Source of the DNA: Xylographa opegraphella
Lineage: Eukaryota
Direction of reading: 5' to 3'
Assembly: GCA_022813865.1 (NCBI GenBank)
Contig: JALDZX010000024.1
Location: 248,001 to 312,000 of the forward strand
DNA length: 64,000 nucleotides
Numbering within the stretch: the first letter of the stretch is position 1; every line of letters starts with the position of its first letter. The notes beneath the pieces were generated by a model. That model had not been told where the DNA came from. It made no database searches and saw nothing but the letters and a program-made list of their open reading frames with translations. Shown here piece by piece: positions 1-10,717 of this stretch. Position numbers and translations under genes: made by a program.

Positions 1-314
1 ATACACCGTAGGACTACGGATGGTTAGCTGCGTCTTTCATTCTGGACTTAGAAGTGGGCGGTACACTATTCAAACCCCCTACACTCGTTAGCGATCATCC
101 TTGGAGCATTCGGACCTCTCTTACATGTATGAGCATTGACGCATGCTACCGCTACGACACACACCCAACCATAGCCTCCGTCAGGTGGTATATCAGGTCT
201 TTCATTAGGTTTCATTACAGATTGCTCTTCATCGTTGAAAGTGACGGTTTTCTCAGAGTCTCCACCGTGTTCTTGCTGGGCTTCGAGAGAGTCAATTGCA
301 GTCATTGCCATCAT
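1..314 (-). CDS. MFS transporter, monocarboxylate porter (MCH-like) family; 5' part only, runs off the window start
   Basis: ORF 66..314 contains PPDGGYGWVCV; removing two short GT-AG introns gives NAHTWGLNS-SYGV, the typical N-terminus of fungal MCH-like transporters. Confidence 0.85.
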
Positions 315-1119
315 GAGAGCCTAGTCACGGAACAACTGTTGCAGTTTGAGGACCTTTGAGATTTGCAAGCAAAGTGTGCCAAACGAATAATCCCTGATGT
401 AAAATTTGGCTACCCAAAGGTCTCCTCGCTTTACTCAGATGATGAGGCACCAATGTCAGCACGAAGCAGTAATAGCAAATGAATCTGCGTGCAATACTTT
501 AAGTGTGTTCTTGAGCCAAGAAAATCTCGATTCGGTTCGAGTAGACCATTGCCCAAGTACAGTGGTGGTGCCATCGTGAATGATAATTCTTGGACTGCCT
601 CAATCTGGGGCGAACGATTGAGGTTTGTCATATCGTGCCGTCATTGCCGATACATTCGTAGGCTAAATAAAGCAGGTACATAAGCACGGGTGAGCATTGC
701 CCACCATGCGAATCGTGCGACATCGCTCTTGAAGCTGCGCTGCCTCGGTTAGAGGTGCTAGCTTTCATATGCCAATTCCACGACAAGAGTGATCGCATCC
801 TCTAGAATGCCGCCGAGATATCTCATGCTGTTTCACAAAAGATACGCTCCCGAAACGGCAGGGGTGGGTCTAGACTAGTTCATGCTTAGCTTGCCGTTGC
901 CATGCGCCAATGTTTACATTGAACTTCTTTGTTGGCGATATTGAGAATTTCTCTCGCATATTCTTCAATCCTCATCAGCATCATTCGCTTGGCTGTATAA
1001 TGTTACGTTGTATTTCTATTCCTTCCTCTCCCTAAACTTGTTCATTAACAGCAAATCCGCTCAAGTTCGAGCACAGATTCAAGTCACTATTCGTAGCTAG
1101 TTCTGGTGGTGCATGTACA

Positions 1120-3839
1120 ATGCTGTTGCATCGAGGCAGAAACAGAGACGATAACGTTTCGAAATCACCAGGCCCGACTTTCATGAACGTTGAGCAAGTT
1201 GGTCAGCAATCTTTTGCTAATAGTGCTACTCGCAATTCTTCCCCTTTGAAATTTCTTTTATCTTCTCCGATTGAGCAGCCTGGCAAGATCAAACACTCAC
1301 AGGATACTTGGACAGCTGATTTTCTCACTGACCTACGATCGAAACGCCCCGCTCGGCCCAGCGGGGCACGGCCGCTACCAGTTCGACATGCTCATACAAC
1401 ACCCTTTCCAACCCTCGAACCGCCAGCTCGAACAGCATCCGCCTTGTCAAGGCCTTCGTACTCAATGATACAACCAGACCAGCTTGCTGGTCACTCTGAA
1501 GAAAGGTCGTCCAGTTCGATGTCTCATTGCAGGGCAAAATCTGCTTTGTCGATGCGGGAGCAAGTTGGCAGGCCTCTAGTGCAACAGCCTCTTGCACAGA
1601 TCGATCCCGATTTGACAATCGCGAGTTCTATTTCAGATGAAGCAATTGGTCCGAAGAAGGCGGCTGACACAGTAGTCAATGGGGCCTATATGGAGAGAGG
1701 TCATCGATGGATGGAGAAGCAAGAAGCTCGATCGTTAAGAGCTGCGCTGGAGGATATGGATCTCCGCGAAGAACAGCGGTTACATGCAGCTGCTCAGGAA
1801 GAGGCTACAAACATTATATGGAAGCATCGTAATGCTGGAGTACCATATCGAAACCCTGGAGGCCCTCGCGACTACAAGCAGCATCTCAGAAAAGGAAGCC
1901 ATGCCAGAAGCCAAAGTATTGAAAGGTATGGAGTGCTCGGGAAAATGAGCAATATATGTGGAACAGTCAACCGGTCAGCATCTGACGGTTCAACATCCAC
2001 AAAGAGTGGTGGCGACTCATCCGAACGGAGTCGAGAATCGAGTGGTTCTTGTCCAGATCGCCAAAAGCCTGACGATGCCGAGATTAAGAAATCTGCCTCT
2101 AGAAACGCAACAAAATGGGACTCCCCGGACAAGAAGGACTATACCAATCTCACCTGTTCAATACCGCCGGCCAAGATTTCCAATCGCCGAGCAAGCAGTG
2201 GACCAAGGACCAGAGCCACCGGCTTGACTGGACGGCCGAGTCTTTTCAGAAATCCCGAGGATCAAATATACGAAGAACCGGAGGAAATCGTGCCTCAAAT
2301 ATTGACAGACGATAAGACGATTGCTGAAACCAAACCGCTGAAGCCGACGAACAGAAACCCTAGCATAAGTGCGAAGGAACAAACAAACACCATAAGCAAA
2401 CTTACCTCTGTACCAATAGGTGAAGACAAAAAGTTTTCGCGATATGAAATACACAAAAACCCTCCTAGCAGATCAAGAGACCCGTCTTACCTGCAAAATT
2501 TTCTCACTGCGACTTCTCAAGGAATTACAGATGTTGTGCTTGTGGATACTGGAAATAACAAAACGCCAACAAAACACGGTATAGAGATTCGAAGTAATGA
2601 GATCCGGGAAGCTACAAGTATGCGTTTGAAGGATAGGAGTCCAAAATTGCCAACTCCGACTGTGGTTAGCGATCGTCCAGGACGACCAATAGTCAGCTTC
2701 GACCGTGACTACAAACCCAGAGAAGTTGAACTGCAACATGAGTCTTCGTTCTCCGAGCAACCCTCAAGCCGCAATGAAATGATTCAGCTCGAGTCTCACG
2801 CTGCACTGAAACCACAGCTTCCAGCTTCAGTCAATTCCGCGCCTCTGATACCAACCATCAACGTTCTCGAACCAACTGAAACCGAGGTCTGCAGGCAAGC
2901 TGATGATCCCACTATAAACTTTCCAGATGTTCCGTCAATTTCTATAACCCATTCTGAATATCCTGCCATAGTCTCTGACAATGTTGTGTCATCGGCTCGT
3001 CCGCTTCCTAAACCCATAAACGGAGGTCGGAGTACGCACGGTCATCGTCCCGGGCCTCACCACTCTGCTACAGCGCCAGTGACAGCTACAAAGTCTCACT
3101 GGACACCTGTCCTTCAAAGAGCCACAGCACAATGCGCCGCTTGTGCTCTTCCAATTTCTGGACGCATAGTAAGCGCAGCATCAAAGCGCTTTCATCCTGC
3201 ATGCTTTAGCTGCTTTCAGTGTGGAGAGTTACTCGAGTGTGTAGCATTCTACCCAGAACCAGATCACTTTCGTGACGCTCGCCTTGCTCGCATCAACGCG
3301 CGCCTTAACAATATGCTGATCCCTGACTGCGACGGCCATATCACTGAAGAGGATGATGGTGATGATGGACTCCGTTTCTACTGCCACTTAGACTTTCACG
3401 AAAAGTTTAGTCCTCGGTGCAGGTCTTGTAAAACGCCTATTGAAGGGGAGGTAGTGATTGCTTGTGGCGGTGAGTGGCATGTTGGGCATTTTTTCTGTGC
3501 TGAATGTGGCGACCCCTTCGACGCCAGCACACCGTTTGTTGAGAAAGATGGCTTCGCTTGGTGTGTAGATTGTCACAGCAGAAGGTTCAGCGGAAAGTGT
3601 GCGGGATGCAGGAAGCCAATCACGGACATGGTAGTAAAAGCGCTTGGCAAGGAATGGCATGAAAGATGTTTCTGTTGCAAGGTAAGGTTTTTTCTTGCTA
3701 ACGATGCGGCTCAAAATGCCTATTCTGACTTTTTCCTTAGGAATGTGGTGGAGAGTTCAAAGATGGTAGATTCTTTACCAGGGATGGCAGCGAGAAGCCG
3801 GTTTGCGTCAAGTGCGAAGAGACACGACTGAAGGCATGA
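1120..3839 (+). CDS. LIM-domain (paxillin-like) cytoskeletal adaptor
   Basis: Long S/P-rich N-terminus and three C-terminal LIM zinc fingers (CAACALPI..FHPACFSC, CRSCKTPI..WHVGHFFCAEC, CAGCRKPI..WHERCFCC). Intron 3682-3740, last exon ends at TGA 3837-3839; probable intron 1202-1315. Confidence 0.9.
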
Positions 3840-4591
3840 AGCAGACTGTTCAATACCGGTTCATTGTCGGGAAGGACTGTTGCATTCTCACCTTGAACTT
3901 TTGAATGATCGCAAAAATGTGCTGCGATTTCACGTAGAATGGCCATGTCTGAATGTCTCACGATTCTGAAGTCGCATTACGAGAATCTCCTTTGTATGTT
4001 CGTCAGATAAAATCAATATTAGGTCGTTACAAGCAATTACGAATACGCTTTCGTTAGCACGTACATCGTGACTGTTGCATAGCTGCTCAACCGGGCATGG
4101 AAATTCACATGATATAGGGCATATGTCATGTTTTGCCCCGGGCATTTTTATGTATAATTGGAAGATGAATTGTTTAGCATAATTGTGTCTTCCTGTACCA
4201 CTACTGCGTGAGACAACACCTGATCAGCGGAGGCGTTACGGATCCGTACTGATCGACGCCGGCGGTCATCTACTTTCACGCAGAGCTCCGAGCCCTCACT
4301 ACCTGGGTTATCGATAAATATCAACAGCGGCCATTGGCGCCGCTGAGCACATGAGATACCTTTCTATGGAAAAATTGTATCTTCAGCCTATCCGCAGTAT
4401 CCAATGCTGAAGAAGGAAGCTCCAGCCGCCTGGTCCAAATTTTGGTGATCCTAGGTGTTACGTAAGGCAAGTTAATCCCAACATCAGCGCTTATTGCCAC
4501 CCTCTCCAACTACATTCCATCCTGGAGTCAATGCTCACTTCGGTCATTGAAGGATGTAGGACTCAGCAGAGTTTATTTTTCCCTAGTGGCG

Positions 4592-6177
4592 ATGCTGAGG
4601 ATTGGTCGACCTCCTCATGCTCTTTTTCGGCGGCATGTGCGAGCTCTATGGCGTGCGCACACTATTTTGAGAGACTTCCATGCAACTAAGGACTTTGGAA
4701 TAGTGAAGCCGTTTATCCTTGCTGATATCGGTGAAGGTAAGCCGAGCAAGGTCCGTCAACAAGTTTACTCACTTATCTGGCCTCGAAGGTATCAAGGAAG
4801 TCCAGATCATACAGTGGTTTGTAGAGCCAGGAGCACGCGTGGAACAGTTCGATAAACTATGTGAAGTGCAGTCAGACAAGGCGGCAACAGAAGTAGGGTG
4901 CCCTGCTTGTTGGAAAGTTCGAAGGCCTTCATGTTGATATTAGGTTTAGATTACCTCACGCTTCGATGGAGTTATCAAGAAGCTCCACTATGAGGCAGAG
5001 GACATGGCTCAAGTTGGAAAAGTGAGAAAGACTTCTGCAGGCAGTACCGAAGATTTGCTGAGAAACGTAGCCGCTCTGTGATATAGACATTCAAGGAGAA
5101 ATTTCACCTGAAGACGAAGCTTTAATCACACCCTCTGCGGATCAGGCAGGAACGCCGTCAGACGCTCAACAGCCACAGAAAACTATCCCCCATGAGCTGA
5201 AAAATTCAGTGGAGCATCGGATTGGTGATCCGCTACCCAAACGAGCTGACCCAGGCGTGCATGCATCATTGGCTACCCCTGCTGTCCGAGGCCTGCTCAA
5301 AGAGCTAGCTGTCAAGATTGAAGACGTCGAAGGAACTGGTAAAGATGGCCGAGTTCTCAAGGATGACGTCCACAAGTTTGCAGCGGCTCGTGATTCACCT
5401 TCTCAGAGAATGAAGATACCTTCTGCCACTCCGAAGAGATCATCGGATAGTGGCTCTCAAAACGAGACTGTCATACAACTGACCCCTATTCAGTCTCACA
5501 TGTTTAAGACGATGACCAGATCATTGTCTATACCGCACTTTTTGTTCGCTGACGAGATCAACCTGAATGCTCTTGAGTCCCTGCGTGCCCGGCTCAACTC
5601 TTTGCCCTCAACAGCACGAAGACTTTCCTATCTTCCTTTCATCATCAAGGCAGTCTCTGTTGCTCTTAAAGACTTTCCTTTGCTCAATTCTCGAGTTGAA
5701 TATGACCCTGACATTAAAGGAGTTCCGCCACGTCTTGTTGTTAGAGAGAATCATAATATTGGTGTTGCTATGGACACGTCGCACGGTCTTTTGGTCCCCA
5801 ACATCAAGGATGTCGGAAGTCTATCTGTACCAGAGATCGCGGATCAGCTCAAGCACCTCCAGAACCTTGCTCAGGCATCGAAACTCAAAGCAAATGATCT
5901 TACTGGGGGTACCATCACGGTCAGCAACATCGGGAGCATTGGTGGAACCTACGTCGCACCAATCATTGTGCAAAGCGAGGTTGCTATTCTTGGCGTTGGG
6001 AGGGCAATGGTGGTACCGGCATTCGATAAGGAAGGAGGTATAGTGAAAAAGACAGTAGGGAACTTCAGTTGGAGTGCAGATCACCGGGTGGTTGACGGCG
6101 CCACAATGGCAAGGATGGCTGGTAGGGTAAGGGAGATGATTGAGGAACCAGGTATCATGCTCACAGCGCTGCGCTGA
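4592..6177 (+). CDS. DBT: Dihydrolipoamide branched-chain transacylase (E2 of branched-chain alpha-ketoacid dehydrogenase), mitochondrial
   Basis: Arg-rich presequence, lipoyl domain (LADIGEGI..EVQSDKA) split by three introns, E3-binding domain (ATPAVRGLLKE..GTGKDGRVLKDDV), catalytic WSADHRVVDGA. Confidence 0.95.
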
Positions 6178-6620
6178 GGCAATTTCGAGAACATAGACCC
6201 GAATGGCAACACGTTACAGAATGCCCACTCACTAACCTATTCCGTACGTTCATAGCAGCAATATACAATTCTTGAACACTTCCTCATCACTTTCCTCCTT
6301 CAAGCTCCATCACAACCACAACAACCAACATCGTTTGGCTTTGACAGTCGTTGCTGATGTCTTTGTGCTAGCTGTGCTCCTTCTCTTGCAATCACACATA
6401 GCTCCAAGACCCCGTGTGGTTTGTAGCTGGCTATATGTGCGCACTCAGTCCCAAATCACCATTTTCCGTGACTAACTAGTTAAACTGACAGCAATCTGTA
6501 TTCAAAGGGACCGCCCGTGTTCCTTACAATCTCTCCTTGCACTCAGCAGAGCCTGTGAGCAAATCCTCCACCTCCTATAAGCCTGCGCTATACGCGTCTG
6601 ACGGCCTCTAGCCGGCGCTT

Positions 6621-7142
6621 ATGGCAGACGCGGGAAATCGTACTGCCGGCCGCCGCTGGACCTCGGACCAGGAGGCCGAATTCAAGAACCTGTGTGGACA
6701 GTTCCAGGCGACCCCATCCGACCATCAAGAGGCATACGCCGTCCCTCCTGCCGCTCGAAGCTTCGTCCGACCTCGTGCATGCTCGCCCAACGACCGCAAC
6801 CGCCCGCATCACGTCCCGGAGCCTGGCCCACCGTTCTCGGCCATCGTGGCCTCCTACGAGAGAAGGTTTGGGACGCTGCCTTATCGCGGCCCTCCTGCCC
6901 CAGTCGCCGCAGCCGCCGCCGCACCTGCACCTGCACCTGCACCCACCACCCCGGCCGCGGCCAGAGGATCGGAACCGGACGTATCAGGTGCCTACGCGGC
7001 CACCACGCCTCCAGACCGGGACTTTTTCACACGTGGGCCCCCACAATTTCCTGCGGGGCACAACCACTATCAGGTCTCGGAGGAGGTTCGCAAGGCGTGG
7101 TATACCGCTGGGTCTCCGTCCGATCAGGCCCAGGAGAAGTAG
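6621..7142 (+). CDS. Hypothetical Ala/Pro-rich 173-aa protein
   Basis: ATG-initiated GC-rich ORF preceded by a pyrimidine-rich leader and an intron-like segment (about 6437-6491, GTGCGC...CTAAC...CAG). No family recognised. Confidence 0.4.
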   Translation: MADAGNRTAGRRWTSDQEAEFKNLCGQFQATPSDHQEAYAVPPAARSFVRPRACSPNDRNRPHHVPEPGPPFSAIVASYERRFGTLPYRGPPAPVAAAAAAPAPAPAPTTPAAARGSEPDVSGAYAATTPPDRDFFTRGPPQFPAGHNHYQVSEEVRKAWYTAGSPSDQAQEK

Positions 7143-7563
7143 ACGTGCATCATTCGTAATAGCTACGTGGTGTACGGCTTCTGGAGAATCGTTTGCCCGA
7201 TCGGAGAATCACTTTGTGGATATCGTCAACTTCTGACAGTGAAGGCAGCGTTCCTAGTGTATTGAGAGCGTTGTTTGTTGAGCGTGTTACTTGTTGAGAG
7301 GGTCCCTTGCCGAGAAGATCACTTGTGAAGAAGATTACCACTCATCGGATGCTTCGATTTGCCGAAGAGATCACTTTTGCAAGAACTTTAATTCCGCTAA
7401 TTCGCTCTCCCGTATCACACTCTACCAGTACATATACACACCACCACATCTCTGCTACTTCGGACCTGTCACATCGTATACATACGCATAAACAACATTG
7501 ATCGCGAAACTCGCTACTCCGCACCTGTGTCACATCTTAGCGATACATATCACCATTCTCAAA

Positions 7564-8373
7564 ATGCCACCCCGAAAGAGCAACGTATCCGCTGTCTCAG
7601 CTCCAACAGACGAGAACACCAACGCTCAAGCCGGCAAGGAGAAGGAAGGCATCAACATTGAAGATCTCTCCATGCCGCGGACTATGGTACAGCGTCTAGC
7701 CAAGGGCGTCCTCCCTCCGAACACCCAGCTGCAGAAAGACTCCATCACAGCGTTCAGCAAGGGCGCGACCGTCTTCGTCAACTTCCTCACCTACTCGGCG
7801 CACGCGCACACGGTCAAGGCCCAGCGGAAAACCATCGCTCCCGCCGACGTCCTGCTCGGGCTCCGAGATACGGAGTTCGAGTTCATGATACCCCGACTGG
7901 AAGCAGAGCTGAACAGGTACAACGAAGTGCAGACCGCGAAACGCAACGAGTATCGCAAGAAGGTCCGAGAGGGCACTATGGGTGTGGGACGCCGGAAGAG
8001 TAACGCGGGAGCTACGGCTGCTACGGGGTTCGCGGGAGAAGTGACATTGGATGGCGGGAAGGACGGGGAGAGGGCGGCGAAGCGATCGAAGCTCGACGAA
8101 GAAGGTAATGCAGCGATGGTGGGCGCGGGAGACGACGGCGATGAGACGGAGGAGGAGGAGGAGGAGGAGGAGGTGGTGGAGGCCGAAGAGGGAGAGGGCG
8201 AAGGCGAAGCTGGCGAGGCGGGTGAAGCAGACGAGGACGGTGAGGAGGAAGCAGATACGGGTGACGATGAGCTCGGGATTGAGTATGCCGAGGAGCGGGA
8301 CGATGATGAGGGGATGGGGAGAGAGAAAGCCTTGAGGGAGGACGACTCGACTTCTGACGAGGAAAGCGATTAG
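7564..8373 (+). CDS. DPB4: DNA polymerase epsilon / CHRAC histone-fold subunit D
   Basis: MPPRKS start, NF-YB-like histone fold (IEDLSMPRTMVQRLAKGVLPPNTQLQKD..ATVFVNFL..RKTIAPADVL), long acidic tail; uninterrupted ORF. Confidence 0.88.
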   Translation: MPPRKSNVSAVSAPTDENTNAQAGKEKEGINIEDLSMPRTMVQRLAKGVLPPNTQLQKDSITAFSKGATVFVNFLTYSAHAHTVKAQRKTIAPADVLLGLRDTEFEFMIPRLEAELNRYNEVQTAKRNEYRKKVREGTMGVGRRKSNAGATAATGFAGEVTLDGGKDGERAAKRSKLDEEGNAAMVGAGDDGDETEEEEEEEEVVEAEEGEGEGEAGEAGEADEDGEEEADTGDDELGIEYAEERDDDEGMGREKALREDDSTSDEESD

Positions 8374-9715
8374 GCTTATGCTGTATCTTCTTCGGACGAC
8401 GGAGACGTGGCTCTTGCTGACGAGAGCGGATCAGCTTTGTTGTTTTTAATTTCATTTCTTTCTACACTGACGACGACTCGGCTTCTGCACGTCGAGCGCG
8501 CTCAGCCTCGTGTCTTCTCTGCGCTTACGATAGACATGGCCACCCATGAGCGGGGCTGAACACGAGCTTCTTTCCTCTTTGTTTACAGTCCTTTGACTGT
8601 CGCCCATGCTTGACGCTAGCCGTGCTACGATGCCTGTGTGTTTCTTTCGTGCCTTTCGATGCTATGGCGTTCGCCTTCCTTACGATTCAGACCATGTGAC
8701 TTGCACGAACTCGCTGTGCCCCGCCTGCGGACGGAGTAGAAACCATAAGAGATGGTAGAAGGGATCGTGCGTCTTCTCCTGCTACGAGGCTGCAGTGCCG
8801 GAATGGCACCGCGGCTGTCAAATGCATGGAAGAGGTAGATGGCTAAAATGATGGGGGGGGAAGACCATGGCCCGGAGATGGCGGGTGAGCGATCGGGCAG
8901 AGTTACGGGGTTTCCTAGCGACCACGATCATCGGAGTGAGGAGGGAGAGGAGTGGGTGGAGCCGCAGAAAAGGGCTGCTGGGGCAATGGAGCCGGACTAC
9001 AAGACGAGCAGAAAGTCTGTGAGGGATGAGAGGACGGGGGGGGGGGGAGGGGCGCAGCGGAGCTGGGAGCGGATGCCCATCACGATGGCTCTGCGAAACC
9101 GGAAGACGAGAATCACGGTGAGATGTGCTGCCGGCCGGGTGCTATCCTCGGCCACTGAATGGGTCGAACGCGGGCTTTTCGTCCTTCGTTGGATAGGTAA
9201 TTCGGTGTGTGGGCGAAGACGAGAGTCTCCTAGCGCTTGTGGGGGAGGTGAAGCGGTTGTTGTCTTTGGGATTCGTCGTGCGGGAGAGGATCATGATAGA
9301 GAGGCAACGTGAGCGGAATCTAACATGCGACCAGTGCGCTCCGAGCTGATCTCGCGAATTGGAGCAGCTACCTATGCTCAAATATGACATCGAGGTGAAA
9401 GCAGTTTGCTTTTTTTCTTGCATGGACGAGCGGATCTCGGCGATAAGCGTGATCGTAAATACGGGAGGACCCGCTGGGGTAATACACCCCCCCGACCCCG
9501 ACTACGTAGTCTACGTGTTCGAATATTGCCTATAATATATTTGAGAGCTGAGGCTTCGTACGCTTCGGGCCAATCGCCACGGAGAGCTTCACCATCTTGT
9601 TTATAGAAGTGGTACCTGAGATATAGAGACATAGACATAGACATAGGTCAGCTACGTTACATCTGTGGCGCAGGCGAATCTAATCCATCCGATCAGACTT
9701 TGCGGGCTGGACAGG

Positions 9716-10717
9716 ATGTCGACCGTGACGGAGTCGTTTACAGGACCAGCGGAGGTGCATTCCTTCGCCGGTCTGCTGTTCGACATGGACGGCACCCTCA
9801 TCGACTCGACCGAGGCGATCGTGAAGCACTGGCACAAGTCGGTCATCCCCCTCCCCCTTTGATTATTACAGGAGCATCGTCCCGGCAGTGCAGCCCAACT
9901 CACGAACGCCCGGCAGACTGGGTGCCGAACTCGGGGTCGACCCGCAAGTCATCCTCGCGACCTCGCACGGCCGCCGCTCCATCGACACCTTGAAGGTCTA
10001 CGACCCCGCCAAGGCCAACTGGGCGTGTAAGTGCTCCACCCCCCAACGCGCGACTCCACGATCCCCGTCCCTCCTCCGGGGTCCGGACTAACGCGCGGCA
10101 GACGTCCGCGAGGTGGAGGGCCGGATCCCGAAGGAATACGGTGCTGACGCGGTCGAGATACCCGGGGCTAGGAGCCTGCTGGATGCGCTGGACGCCGCCC
10201 ACGCGCCGTGGGCGATTGTGACTTCGGGCACTAGGCCGCTCATGGACGGCTGGCTCGCGGTCATGAAGCTGGCCGCCCCGAAACACAACGTTGTGGCCGA
10301 GGACGTGGCCGAGGGCAAGCCTCATCCAGCGTGTTATCAGCTGGGCAAGGCCCGATTGGGGTTGGGGCCGGGGGATCGTGCATTGGTCATCGAAGATGCG
10401 CCTGCGGGGGTAAGTCACAGACTCACAGGAGCAAAAGTGTTCGGAGTTTCGAGGCAGGTGGGGCCTGTTACAAGTTGCCTGTCTGGCAAGCTGCAACAGT
10501 TGGACGACACGACTAACTGCTCTCGGGGTTGTAGGTGCGAGCTGGGAAGGCAGCCGGATGTTCGGTGGTGGGGCTCACGACGACGCATCGCTTGGAGCAG
10601 ATCCGAGAAGCGGGGGCGGACTGGATCGTGAAGGACTTGCGGAGCGTGACATTCATCGGCACCGACGCGGTAAATGGGCTCGTTCGCATAGAACTGTGTG
10701 ACACGTGGGTCAGGTGA
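9716..10717 (+). CDS. GPP1: HAD-superfamily sugar/glycerol-phosphate phosphatase (Gpp1/Dog1-like)
   Basis: Motif I LLFDMDGTLIDST, SHGRRSID, WAIVTSGT, GKPHPACY, VIEDAPAG+VRAGKAAG across four exons with GT-AG introns. The family is secure; exact orthology is inferred. Confidence 0.85.

Noticed and set aside
8021..8455. Poly-Pro minus-strand ORF
   Set aside because: Antisense of the GAG-rich acidic tail of DPB4.
9629..9646. (ACATAG)3 microsatellite upstream of the HAD phosphatase
   Set aside because: Ordinary short tandem repeat.
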